DNA of 64,000 nt from Chloroflexota bacterium (lineage in GTDB: Bacteria; Chloroflexota; Dehalococcoidia; Lucifugimonadales; UBA3495), in assembly GCA_027623675.1 (NCBI GenBank), contig JAQBVF010000004.1, positions 32,001-96,000 on the forward strand, written 5' to 3'. The position numbers were made by a program, and so were the translations under genes. Shown here piece by piece: positions 19,770-29,128 of the stretch. Positions within the stretch are counted from its first letter, which is position 1. Each line of letters opens with the position of its first letter. Under the pieces are notes generated by a model. It searched no databases and was not told the DNA's origin. It saw only the letters and a list, made by a program, of their open reading frames with translations.

Positions 19770-19799
19770 ACGCTAGGGTTCTGCAATCCAGGGTGTCAA
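19770..19799 (-). promoter_or_regulatory. Sigma70-like promoter of terminase-portal operon
   Basis: TTGACA-N18-TAGCGT on the minus strand. Confidence 0.6.
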
Positions 19800-19870
19800 T
19801 CGCCGGCCCGTCATCTCGGGACCGCCGTCTTGGCGTTGCATCACCCCTTACTCGGGGAGATTGGCCGGGA

Positions 19871-20056
19871 TTACGCGGGGTTGTGCTTGTTCAGGACCTC
19901 AGCGACACGAGGGTCGATGCTGCCCAGTTCGACTCCGCCGTCCGCCCTGGCAATGCCGAGGTGGGCGTCGCGCTGAATCTCTTCCCAGTCGGGCTCCAGT
20001 TCGTAGTTGTCCCGAAGCTCGTCAAACATGGCATCAAGGGATTTTTTGTCAAACAT
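19871..20056 (-). CDS. Small acidic hypothetical protein (61 aa)
   Basis: GGAGG SD before MFDKKSLDAMFDEL; host-like codon usage. Confidence 0.65.
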   Translation of the reverse strand: MFDKKSLDAMFDELRDNYELEPDWEEIQRDAHLGIARADGGVELGSIDPRVAEVLNKHNPA

Positions 20057-20315
20057 GATTTTCGGTGTCCTCCACTTGGTTTGTCGGCCGGTCATGGTCT
20101 GTACTTTAACTCGAGCAGACCCTCCAACAGCGGGCAAGTCCGACGTACAGTCTCTTTAGGGCCATATTGTGGCTGTTTCCAGCATAAACCATGCAGGCTG
20201 CAGCGAGGCCTAGTCTACAATTTTTCAATCAGCCTGGCAAGTGTCGATTCAGCCTCAATGAAACCGGGAATAGTCACGGTGGAACCGGGCTTGCCGGTCC
20301 GTGTGTCGATCAGGT

Positions 20316-20564
20316 CTATGGAACACGTTTTTCCGGTTTGACCTGGCCGCTGGTTGCGGCCTCCTCCGAGCGTCTCTTGCCCTGCAGCAAGTAGGCCGCG
20401 ACTATGAATAGGGGGATCGCAATGATGACCAGCCCCATCAGGGCGACCACAACCCACGGTCCTGTCCCAAAGAGCGAGTCCAACTTGGTTTTGATCCAGT
20501 GGACCAATTCCGGGTCGGCGGCGTCGCCTTGGTGGGCCAGGATAAAGGTGAAGAAGTGGACCAT
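20316..20564 (-). CDS. Small single-pass membrane protein
   Basis: Hydrophobic segment WVVVALMGLVIIAIPLFIVAAYLL; follows the MFS gene. Confidence 0.6.
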   Translation of the reverse strand: MVHFFTFILAHQGDAADPELVHWIKTKLDSLFGTGPWVVVALMGLVIIAIPLFIVAAYLLQGKRRSEEAATSGQVKPEKRVP

Positions 20565-20599
20565 CAGGACAAGACCATCACAGAGAAGGCATGAGGGGG

Positions 20600-21907
20600 T
20601 TAGTCCCCGGCAGCGGGCGCGGCTTCGACCGGTTTCTGGTAGCGTGCCGAGTATTTACGCTCTTTGATGGTGAACGCCGACAAGGCGGCCGGGAACAGGA
20701 GCGCCCCGACGATGGCGAAAGGCAGGGTATAGGAGCCAGTGACGTCGAAGAGCAGTCCGGCTAGCAGCACGCTGCTGAATCCGCCGATCTGGTGAAACAT
20801 GAACGTGATCCCGGAGATGGTCCCCAGGGCCTTGAGTCCGTACACGTCTGCCGTGAGAGAGGAGGTTAAGGGCAGGGTGGCGACCCAAGAGAATCCGGCC
20901 ACGCTGGCAAAGATCCACAGTCCGATGACTGAATCGATGGTCAAAAGCAGGATATAGGCCGTGCCCCGCATGAGATAGACCAAAGCCAACCAGTTCTTGG
21001 TGCCGCCGATCTTGTCGGCGAGCAAGCCGGCGCCCAGGGCTCCGATGATATTAAGGCCCATCATGTAGCCGAATATGGTGGCCGCGGTGCTCCCGGAGAT
21101 TCCCCGGTCTTCCATTGCGAAGGGTATGAAATGCACCGATAACACGAAAGTGGTGGTACCACAGACGAAATACGAGCCGGCCATCTGCCAGATGGGAGCA
21201 GACTTGAAGGACTGACGCCAATTCTCCACTTCCAGCGGTCCGGTGACTTCGCGGCGGGGCGCGCCCGCGGCGTCGGTCGGCGGCTCCGGGTCGCCGTCCG
21301 GGTAGAGTCCTTTCTTCGACGGCCGTTCGTGGATGAATAGATAGGCCAGGGGCAAGGAGAGCAGCACCACGATGCCCAAGCCAACCCATGCCGTGCGCCA
21401 GTTGGTGGCCTGGAGTAGGTACATGGAGAAGGGCACCATGATCATGCCACCCAAAGAGAGGGCAGCGGAGTTGATGCTGATGGCGGTGGCGCGCCGGCGC
21501 TTGAACCACCGCGACATCAACGCGGCGGTGTTGGACAGCGCCGGGCCGCTCTGCGCCATGGAGGCGACCACGCCGAACATGAATGCCAGGAACAAGATGT
21601 GGAAGGTCAAGGCCAGCATGGCAGTGGCGCCGCCCAGGACCATCAGGCTGATCAGGATCAGCTTGCGGCCACCGGTGCGGTCGAATATCTGGCCCATGAA
21701 AGGCTGGCTGAGGCCGTTGACCAGCACACCCAGAGCAGCGGCGATGGAGATGGTGAAGCGGTTCCAGCCGAATTCGTCGCTCATGGGTACCACGAAAACG
21801 CCGAAACTGTTGCGCGCTCCGATGGCCACAAACCCGATGAATACCGTGGCGGCGCAAACGTACCAGCCGTAGTAGGTGGGTTTCTTAGTTTTTTCGGTGT
21901 GTTGCAT
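20600..21907 (-). CDS. MFS transporter
   Basis: YYGW start, G.IFDRTGGR, WF.RRRA, G.LADKIG motifs, about 12 hydrophobic segments. Confidence 0.93.
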   Translation of the reverse strand: MQHTEKTKKPTYYGWYVCAATVFIGFVAIGARNSFGVFVVPMSDEFGWNRFTISIAAALGVLVNGLSQPFMGQIFDRTGGRKLILISLMVLGGATAMLALTFHILFLAFMFGVVASMAQSGPALSNTAALMSRWFKRRRATAISINSAALSLGGMIMVPFSMYLLQATNWRTAWVGLGIVVLLSLPLAYLFIHERPSKKGLYPDGDPEPPTDAAGAPRREVTGPLEVENWRQSFKSAPIWQMAGSYFVCGTTTFVLSVHFIPFAMEDRGISGSTAATIFGYMMGLNIIGALGAGLLADKIGGTKNWLALVYLMRGTAYILLLTIDSVIGLWIFASVAGFSWVATLPLTSSLTADVYGLKALGTISGITFMFHQIGGFSSVLLAGLLFDVTGSYTLPFAIVGALLFPAALSAFTIKERKYSARYQKPVEAAPAAGD

Positions 21908-22051
21908 CAGATATCAGACGTATTACGCCCCGAATCTGGCTAAGTCCTGGGTCAATCGCACGATGACCATCCAATGATATCACCATACCGGCGATGAATA
22001 GCAATGAAATTCGCGAATCTTGGATGCCGGGGAGAAGGGAGTGCTTGCCGG

Positions 22052-22888
22052 TCAGGTGGTCAGCCAATCACAGAACGCGTCAGCCGTGCCGGTCCCGCTG
22101 ATGGCCCTTAGCCGGCCATCGGCCAATAACTGCGCTGGTTTGAGCCGTCCCCAGACCAGGAGTGCCAGCGCTTCAGCGTCGCAAGCGAGGGTCGCAGTTG
22201 GTTCGCCCTGGGCTTCCTCAACCCTGGTCTCCTCTCGCCCCGCGGTAACGTCCCGCTGGAGATCGGCGGCGCCGGTGGTCTTGATCCGGTATCGGGCGGG
22301 CGTCGTTGCGGGCCGGAACCCGGCCAGGCCCAGGCTGTTTAGCCACACCGGCAGCCGGTCCAGTACCGGGGCCACGCAATCAGGCGTAAGGCCGGCTTTG
22401 GGGTCGGATGGGAAGCGGATGTCCCAGGAGTGAATCACCACTTCGCTGATGCGGGTCGTCACGTAGGCCGAGGCCGGCTGGAGTTGTCTCAGGCCCCAGC
22501 ATTCCTTGCGCCAGTCGGAATCCTCCATGATGGAAAATATGCCTTCCAGACGGTCGACGCTTGAATAAAATGCGTCTACCAGGTCGCTGTCAGCGGCGCT
22601 GCTGTATCCCTTGGCCACGCGGGCGATGAAATCTGGCAGCACGGTCAGGGGCATGGACCCGATCTCCGGCAAGCCCTCGGGGGCGGAGGTGACGCCGGCC
22701 CGGCCTTGGGCGATTGCGTCGGCGAAGAACTCGGCGGCCCAGCCCAGGTGGCCGATAACATCGCCAACGGTCCAACCTTCGCAGGGGCTGGCCAAGCCCC
22801 ATTCGTTCGAGGTGGTTCCCTGGAGGTATTCCTTGAGACGGCCGGTCTCGGCCGCAATGAGTTTTACCCCTTCCGCGGTCGAGACCAT
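22052..22888 (-). CDS. Maleylpyruvate isomerase-like (MDMPI_N/DinB superfamily) protein
   Basis: SPCEGWTVGDVIGHL and EVVIHSWDI motifs. Confidence 0.85.
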   Translation of the reverse strand: MVSTAEGVKLIAAETGRLKEYLQGTTSNEWGLASPCEGWTVGDVIGHLGWAAEFFADAIAQGRAGVTSAPEGLPEIGSMPLTVLPDFIARVAKGYSSAADSDLVDAFYSSVDRLEGIFSIMEDSDWRKECWGLRQLQPASAYVTTRISEVVIHSWDIRFPSDPKAGLTPDCVAPVLDRLPVWLNSLGLAGFRPATTPARYRIKTTGAADLQRDVTAGREETRVEEAQGEPTATLACDAEALALLVWGRLKPAQLLADGRLRAISGTGTADAFCDWLTT

Positions 22889-23074
22889 ATCACTCCTATC
22901 TGGCCATCGGCTGGATACAACTTAGCTGCCTAGCGAACAATCATGGTGAGCGTGTTGCATGACCTTTCCGCAGAATCGGTGCCTCGACAGGTCCACCATG
23001 AGCGGGGCGGACAGCAGTCACCATGACTGGTTGCGCAGCTAGGCGTCAGGAAGCTATGTCGGGCTAAGCCCCGG

Positions 23075-24571
23075 CTAAGCCCCCCGCAGCGCCTTGGCGT
23101 CCTGTCCGGCGCTCGTGCCCGACAGCTTGCCGAAGACCATGCCGGCCGACAGTCCGGAGCCGCCGGGGTAATTGTGATAGAACAGGCCGCCGACCATCTC
23201 ACCGGCGGCGTAGAGGCCGGGGATGGGCTCCTGGCTGTTGGTAACGACGCGGCCACGGTTGTCGATCTTGACGCCGCCGAACGTAAAGCTGATGCCGCAA
23301 GTTACGGCGTAGCCGGTGTAGGGCGGGGTGTCGATGAGCTCGGCCCAATTGCTCTTCGGCGGGGTGATGCCCACCGTGTTCCGGCCGTCTTTGATGGTCG
23401 GGTTATAGGGGATATCCGTTTGCACCGCTGCGTTGTACTCCTCGATGGTCTTCACGAATCCGGCTGGGTCGATGTCCAGCCGCTCGGCCAGTTCCTCCAG
23501 GGTATCGGCCCTGGCCATGGTCACCTGGTCGATGTGGTATTCGTCGCGCAGCAGGTGCTTAACCTTGTCGTCAAAGATGTGGAAGCCCAGGCCTTGGGGC
23601 TGGGTAAGGTAGGCCCGGCCAAATTTTACGTAGGTGTAGTTGCGGAAGTCCTCGCCCTCGTCCAGGAAGCGCTCGCCGTTGATGTTCACGATCAGGCCGA
23701 AGGGGTAGGAATGCTTCTGGTAAAGCTCGGTGATGGTGCGGTCGCCGAACGCCGGGGCGTTCATGTCCCAGGCCACGGCGTGGCAGCTACTGTAATGGCC
23801 GTGGGACTGGGCGCCAATGTCCAGCGCCATCTTTATTCCGTCGCCGGTGTTGTAGGGGATACCCCGGACCTTCACGTTCTCCCAGCCGGGGCCAAGGTAA
23901 CGGCAGCGCATCTCCGCGTTGGCCTCGAAGCCGCCGGCAGCCAGTACCACCGCGCCCGCGGAGATATCCTCAAATCCGTCCGGCCCCAGGACCGTCAACC
24001 CGCTGACCCGGCCCTTTTGGTCCTGAATCAATTTCTTGGCTTCGGTGGAGTAGCGCACGTCGATGCCCATCTCGGCGCAGACGTCGAACTGTTGGTCGGA
24101 CAGGCCCTTGCCGGCTCCGACAGCCTCGACCAGGAGACCGCCCCAGAATCGGTACTTGTCGCCGTCTTTGAATGCCTGCCGTCCGTAGGCCAGGACGAAC
24201 CGGACTCCCTTGGACTGCAGCCACTGCATGGTTGGCAGCGACTGGCTGACCAGTATCTGGGCCAGCTCGGGGTCGGTGAGCCCCTGGGTTACGCGCATCA
24301 TGTCGTCGTAGAACTGGTTCTCGGTGTAGCTGCCAACTTCGATCTGGTTGACCTCGGTCTCCGACATGTCGGGAATGACCGTTCGGATGTCGTCCAGACC
24401 CTCAAAGGCGAAGCGGATGATCCCGCCGGTGAAGTAGGTGTTGCCGCCCCGGAAATATTCTGGAGCTTTCTCCACGACCAGGACCCGGTCGGTGTTCTCC
24501 TTAGCGGCGATGGCCGCGGACAGGGCCGCGTTTCCGGCGCCGACTACAATCACGTCATAATGTTCTGCCAC
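23075..24571 (-). CDS. tcuA: FAD-dependent tricarballylate dehydrogenase TcuA-like
   Basis: VVGAGNAA, RGGNT.FTGG, AAGGFEAN, NTGDGI, TFGG, AGEMVGGLFYHNYPGGSGL. Confidence 0.85.
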   Translation of the reverse strand: MAEHYDVIVVGAGNAALSAAIAAKENTDRVLVVEKAPEYFRGGNTYFTGGIIRFAFEGLDDIRTVIPDMSETEVNQIEVGSYTENQFYDDMMRVTQGLTDPELAQILVSQSLPTMQWLQSKGVRFVLAYGRQAFKDGDKYRFWGGLLVEAVGAGKGLSDQQFDVCAEMGIDVRYSTEAKKLIQDQKGRVSGLTVLGPDGFEDISAGAVVLAAGGFEANAEMRCRYLGPGWENVKVRGIPYNTGDGIKMALDIGAQSHGHYSSCHAVAWDMNAPAFGDRTITELYQKHSYPFGLIVNINGERFLDEGEDFRNYTYVKFGRAYLTQPQGLGFHIFDDKVKHLLRDEYHIDQVTMARADTLEELAERLDIDPAGFVKTIEEYNAAVQTDIPYNPTIKDGRNTVGITPPKSNWAELIDTPPYTGYAVTCGISFTFGGVKIDNRGRVVTNSQEPIPGLYAAGEMVGGLFYHNYPGGSGLSAGMVFGKLSGTSAGQDAKALRGA

Positions 24572-24711
24572 TGGGGACCTCCTAGGGGGTTCGATAATCG
24601 GGTAATTGGGTTTGATAAAGGGATTTTTCGATATTGGGTTTCAGCCTTTTTAGCGTGCACTATAATAGTCTGTCGAACATAAAGTCACAAGATATCGAGG
24701 GGAGAACGGTC

Positions 24712-25266
24712 ATGGACCGGTGCGCTTGGGCAGACAACGAGCTGATGACTGCTTACCACGACCAAGAGTGGGGAGTGCCGCTGCACGACGACCGTAAGTT
24801 GTTCGAGTTCCTAATCTTGGAGGGCGCTCAGGCGGGTCTCAGTTGGAACACCATCTTGCAGAAGCGGGAGACCTACCGGGCCGCCTTCGATAACTTTGAA
24901 CCCAAGATTATCGCCGGGTACGGAGACGCCAAAGTGCAGGAGTTGTTGGCCGACCCGGGCATCGTCCGCAACCGGCTCAAGATCGCCTCGGCCATCGGCA
25001 ACGCCAAGGCCTATCTGGCGGTGGTTGGGGAATTCGGCAGCTTCGATGCTTATGTGTGGGGATTCGTCGGAGGCCAGCCAAAAGCCGACGACCGGGTATC
25101 CATGTCAGAAGTCCCAGCCAAGACCGCCGATTCCGACGCCATGAGCAGGGATATGAAGGGCCGCGGGTTCAAGTTCGTCGGCTCTACCATCTGTTACGCC
25201 TTCATGCAGGCCACCGGCATGGTAAACGACCATACCGTTGATTGCTTCAGGCGTGGGCAAGTGTAG
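24712..25266 (+). CDS. tag: DNA-3-methyladenine glycosylase I
   Basis: RCAW, YHDQEWGVP, LEGAQAGLSW, IVRNRLKI, FVGSTICYAFMQA.GMVNDH. Confidence 0.96.
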   Translation: MDRCAWADNELMTAYHDQEWGVPLHDDRKLFEFLILEGAQAGLSWNTILQKRETYRAAFDNFEPKIIAGYGDAKVQELLADPGIVRNRLKIASAIGNAKAYLAVVGEFGSFDAYVWGFVGGQPKADDRVSMSEVPAKTADSDAMSRDMKGRGFKFVGSTICYAFMQATGMVNDHTVDCFRRGQV

Positions 25267-25367
25267 GTTGCCGCCGCAGTGCGCCCGGTTTAAGATACAC
25301 GCGGCCCAAGAGTTAACCGTTAACTTAACGGCCAACTTACGACCACATAATAGGGGGATTCGCCAGC

Positions 25368-26339
25368 ATGAGAGCTGCGAGACTTGTCGGACCCAAACTC
25401 TTTGAATTCGTGGATGCCGAAACGCCGGTGGCCAACGACGGCCAGGTCCTGATCAAACTGGAGCGCGTGTCGGTCTGCGGCAGCGACTGCCGTCACGGGT
25501 TCAATATCCATCCCGAAGAAGAATATCCCATGGACGTCGGCCGGCCCTGCCACGAACTGGCCGGGGTTATCGTCGAGAGCCGTACCGATGAATACCAAGA
25601 GGGTCAACGGGTGATTGCCATCCCGGAGCGGGGCTCCGGCGGGCTGGTGGAATACATGACGTCCGACCCCAGCCGGATGATTCTGCTGCCCGATGAAGGG
25701 CCATTGGACGAATGGGTGATGTGCCAGCCCTCGGGCACGGTACTCTACTCCTGCCAGCAGATGCCGAACATTCTGGGCAAGAACGTTTTGATCCTGGGAC
25801 AGGGGAGCATCGGACTCAGCTTCTCAATGATCACCTCGCGGATGGGGGCCTCCAGCGTCACCGTGGTCGACCCGCTGGACTACCGGCTCAACAAGTCCCG
25901 GGACCTGTTCGGGTCTACCCACCAGATCAACCCCAACAAAGAGAACCTGGATGAAGCCGTTCTGGAGATCACCGGCGGGGTCGGCCCCGACGTGGTGGTT
26001 GAGGCCGCCGGCTATCCCAACACGTTCAACGATTGCTTCCGGCTGGTGCGTCAATTCGGCACCATCATCATATTCGGCGTCCAGGCCGACGACTTCGTGC
26101 CCATCGAGCATAGCTGGATCATGGACAAGCAACCCCGCATGATCGGCACCACCGGCGCCCGCAGCGGAGACCCCACCTCCCAGATCAAACACATGGTGGC
26201 CCTCAGGCAGCGGGGCTGGTGCGACCCTGCCAATCTGATCACTCACCGCATGGGCTTTACAGACGTTCAAAAAGCCTACGACATGTATGATCAACAGCAG
26301 GACGAAATCGTTAAAGTGGTGATAAACATCAACGAATAG
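25368..26339 (+). CDS. Zinc-binding medium-chain dehydrogenase
   Basis: VCGSD, CHE (for the usual GHE), GQGSIG Rossmann motif; lacks the structural 4-Cys Zn lobe. Confidence 0.88.
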   Translation: MRAARLVGPKLFEFVDAETPVANDGQVLIKLERVSVCGSDCRHGFNIHPEEEYPMDVGRPCHELAGVIVESRTDEYQEGQRVIAIPERGSGGLVEYMTSDPSRMILLPDEGPLDEWVMCQPSGTVLYSCQQMPNILGKNVLILGQGSIGLSFSMITSRMGASSVTVVDPLDYRLNKSRDLFGSTHQINPNKENLDEAVLEITGGVGPDVVVEAAGYPNTFNDCFRLVRQFGTIIIFGVQADDFVPIEHSWIMDKQPRMIGTTGARSGDPTSQIKHMVALRQRGWCDPANLITHRMGFTDVQKAYDMYDQQQDEIVKVVININE

Positions 26340-26429
26340 TCTATCGCCCGGCTCCCCCGGTGTTATTTGGCGGTACGACCGGGTAGCGTGGGCCAGAAAA
26401 GTGGGCCAGAAGTGTAGTGAAGAGGTGTT

Positions 26430-27452
26430 GTGATGGTGAAGCCGGCTTTCGAGATAAAGATGGTCAGGGAGAATCTGGACCTGTCCATGGCCCTGTTGCA
26501 GGCGGTCGGAGAAGAAAAGGTGACCGCCAAACAGCTATTTAGGAACGGCCCTGATGATATGTTCGTCGCTTTCGCGGTGGATAATCAGGGGCCCAGCCAG
26601 ATCGAATTGACGCGGCGCGCAGCCAATCAGACTCGCGCCGCGTTTGCGTTAGCCGTGATACAGACCCAACGCAGTTTGGACCGGGTCTTCAAAACCCCAC
26701 CCATCCCTGAAAATTCCTCTGGAAAAACCTTCGAAGACCACCCCGAAGTGAACCCCGACCTACAGGCGGCGCGGTGTGTGATGTTCCTACTGAACAACAC
26801 TGTGGCGCCCAACCTGTTCAGCCCGGTCTGGAACTGCCCGCCCCAGTACCGGCGTCAGTTCGAGGTGCGGCCAATCAGCCTGCTGTTGGACGCCGAACTG
26901 CTCCACGGCAAGGCGCTCAGTTGGGACCATGTGGGAGGCTTGCACCAATTCCTCGATCTGCTGGTGTATTTCGCCAACTGTATCGAAGACCTGCCTGAGC
27001 TCGAGAAACCGGCCGGCGCGGCGTCACCCACACCGGCCAGAAATATCGAAGAGGCGGTCATCGAGCGACGGGATGGTTCCGTCGGCCCAGCTTCAGATTC
27101 AGAGCGGCAGCAAGAGACACTGGCCACGCCACCGCCTGCCGCCGCCGTCGACGCCGCCGTGGCGCGATTCGTTGCCGAGCGGTGCAAGTTGGGCAGCCAG
27201 AATCTGGTCATCGCCAAAGACCTGTACGCCGATTTCCAGGAGTGGTGCCGGGGATCCGGATTGGACGACGTTTCGCAACGCAGCTTTGGTATGCAACTCA
27301 CGGCGATGGGCTTGCAGCGCCGCCGCCGTGGCCGGGGCAAGCACTGGTGGGACGGCATCCGGCTGTCCGGCCAGGTGAAGCCGGAACTTGAGGAAGAGCT
27401 TGAAACGGCGAACGGCCGCTACGGTGGTTTTCAGCCTGAATTGACCACCTAG
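26430..27452 (+). CDS. Hypothetical protein with C-terminal D5/P4-primase-like winged-helix domain
   Basis: VARFVAERC...LYADFQEWC...SQRSFG..L...G....R.....WDGIRL pattern typical of phage/plasmid primase C-termini. Confidence 0.7.
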   Translation: MMVKPAFEIKMVRENLDLSMALLQAVGEEKVTAKQLFRNGPDDMFVAFAVDNQGPSQIELTRRAANQTRAAFALAVIQTQRSLDRVFKTPPIPENSSGKTFEDHPEVNPDLQAARCVMFLLNNTVAPNLFSPVWNCPPQYRRQFEVRPISLLLDAELLHGKALSWDHVGGLHQFLDLLVYFANCIEDLPELEKPAGAASPTPARNIEEAVIERRDGSVGPASDSERQQETLATPPPAAAVDAAVARFVAERCKLGSQNLVIAKDLYADFQEWCRGSGLDDVSQRSFGMQLTAMGLQRRRRGRGKHWWDGIRLSGQVKPELEEELETANGRYGGFQPELTT

Positions 27453-27522
27453 GTCTCGGAAAAACACCGAAACACCGAAACGCCCGCTAGCCTTGGGAAC
27501 TCCGAGGCTGGCTTTCGCCCAG

Positions 27523-27678
27523 TCAACAGCCCGGTTGGCCGAGATTGCCGCAGCAGCCCTTCCGGGTCCGAAGTTTGGTGAAGGTGTTGGCCACAACCAG
27601 CCGCAGCTTTCGCCAGATAGGCATGGGCTGCTTAAAGTTATCCCAGGGTTGAAAGGTCCGTTGGTCTCGACCGCACAT
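27523..27678 (-). CDS. Unannotated 51-aa Cys-rich microprotein
   Basis: MCGRDQRTFQPWDNFKQPMPIWRKLRLVVANTFTKLRTRKGCCGNLGQPGC-TGA; TG-N-CATAAT 9 nt before ATG; below the ORF track cutoff. Confidence 0.6.
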   Translation of the reverse strand: MCGRDQRTFQPWDNFKQPMPIWRKLRLVVANTFTKLRTRKGCCGNLGQPGC

Positions 27679-27735
27679 GATTGCCGGATTATGACAGTCG
27701 GGTAGAATACGGGCAACCTGGACCAGGAGCCTGCC

Positions 27736-29106
27736 ATGCCTAACACCCCCGCTATTCCCGATTACCTCAACCGTCTCTCCCGGTTCGTTTGCGAGACCCG
27801 CTTGGAAGACCTCGAGCCATCCACCGTATCCGCCGCCAAGTCGGTGGTGCTGGACACATTGGGCGCGATGCTGGCCGGAAGCCGCCTACCCGAGAACCGC
27901 AAACTGGCTCAGTTGGCCGCCAAGACCGGTGGGCCAGGACCAGCCACTCTCCTGGGGCAGCCCGGTTCAACCTCGGCTGTTTTCGCGGCCCTTTCCAACG
28001 CCACGGCCGGCGTCGCCCTGGAGATGGACGAGGGCAACCGCCAAGGGGGAGGGCACGCGGCCATCCATGTCGTACCGGCGGCGTTGGCCGTGGCTGAAGA
28101 AAGGGGCGCCAGCGGCAAGGAATTTTTGGAGAGCGTCATCGCCGGTTATGAGGTTACCTCACGCATCGGCTCGGGCACCCAGGTTAAGAAGGCCGTCCAT
28201 TCCCACGGCACCTGGGGGACCTTCGGTTCGGCGGTCGCCACTGCCAAACTGATGGGATTTGACGAAGGGCAGATGGTCCAGGCCATCAACATCGCCGCCT
28301 CCATGAGTCCGGCCAACACCTGGACGCCGTGTTTGGAGGGCGCCACCGTCCGAAACCTCTATCCCGGCCGCTCGGGCTTCCAAGGAATCATGGCGGCCCA
28401 AATTACCCTGTGCGGTTTCACCGGGCTGGCCGACGGCCCGGCTGACATCTACACGTCGCTGCTGGGCGACGGCTTTGACCCGGACGCCGTGGTGAAAGAC
28501 CTGGGCGTTCCCGGCGCCTACCGCATCCAGCAGAACTACTTCAAACTCCACGCCTGCTGCCTCTACAACCACCCGGTACTGGATGGGGTGCAGACCCTTT
28601 TGGGCCGGGAGGGGTTCGCCGCTGAGGAAGTGGAACGTATCGATGTCCAGGCGCCGGCCCTGGCGATGATTATGACTGACCCGGAGCCAGCGAACATGCT
28701 GGCCGCCAAGTTCTCGCTTCCCTACGCGGTGGCGACTGCGGTGGTGCACAAGACCACCGGTATCACGGCGTTCTATCCGGAGCGGGTGAATGACCCGGAG
28801 ACCCTGGCCCTGGCTCGGCGGGTGGCCATATCGGCTGACCCGGCGATGGACCTGCGCCGTTATGACTACCCGGCAGCCAAGGTGTCCATCGCGCTCAAGG
28901 ACGGCCGCACATTGAGCGAGGACGTCGTCGCCCACCACGGCGACGCCCGTAATCCGGCGTCACGCGAGGAATTGGAGGGGAAGTTCAATCTCTTGACCCA
29001 AGACGTTCTGGGCGAAGACGGAGCGGCCAGGGTCATTGAGACGGCGGGTCATCTGGACGCCTTGGGGAACATCCGGGACCTGACAAGATTGTTGAGACCC
29101 AGCTAG
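27736..29106 (+). CDS. MmgE/PrpD family protein
   Basis: VLDTLGAMLAG, ALEMDEG, AGYEV, HSHGTWG, FKLHACC, AKFSLPY, GDARNP. Confidence 0.93.
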   Translation: MPNTPAIPDYLNRLSRFVCETRLEDLEPSTVSAAKSVVLDTLGAMLAGSRLPENRKLAQLAAKTGGPGPATLLGQPGSTSAVFAALSNATAGVALEMDEGNRQGGGHAAIHVVPAALAVAEERGASGKEFLESVIAGYEVTSRIGSGTQVKKAVHSHGTWGTFGSAVATAKLMGFDEGQMVQAINIAASMSPANTWTPCLEGATVRNLYPGRSGFQGIMAAQITLCGFTGLADGPADIYTSLLGDGFDPDAVVKDLGVPGAYRIQQNYFKLHACCLYNHPVLDGVQTLLGREGFAAEEVERIDVQAPALAMIMTDPEPANMLAAKFSLPYAVATAVVHKTTGITAFYPERVNDPETLALARRVAISADPAMDLRRYDYPAAKVSIALKDGRTLSEDVVAHHGDARNPASREELEGKFNLLTQDVLGEDGAARVIETAGHLDALGNIRDLTRLLRPS

Positions 29107-29128
29107 GGGCAGCGGGGCGGTCCTGGGA

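Noticed and set aside
23174..24682. Long antisense/shadow ORFs (e.g. 23174-24682, 52921-53991, 7312-8178)
   Set aside because: They are mirror frames of well-supported genes in high-GC DNA and have no protein motifs.
27540..27575. SRP RNA-like CCCGGAAGGG motif on the minus strand
   Set aside because: It lacks the conserved CAGG/AGCA internal loop and is better explained as coding sequence of the 51-aa ORF.
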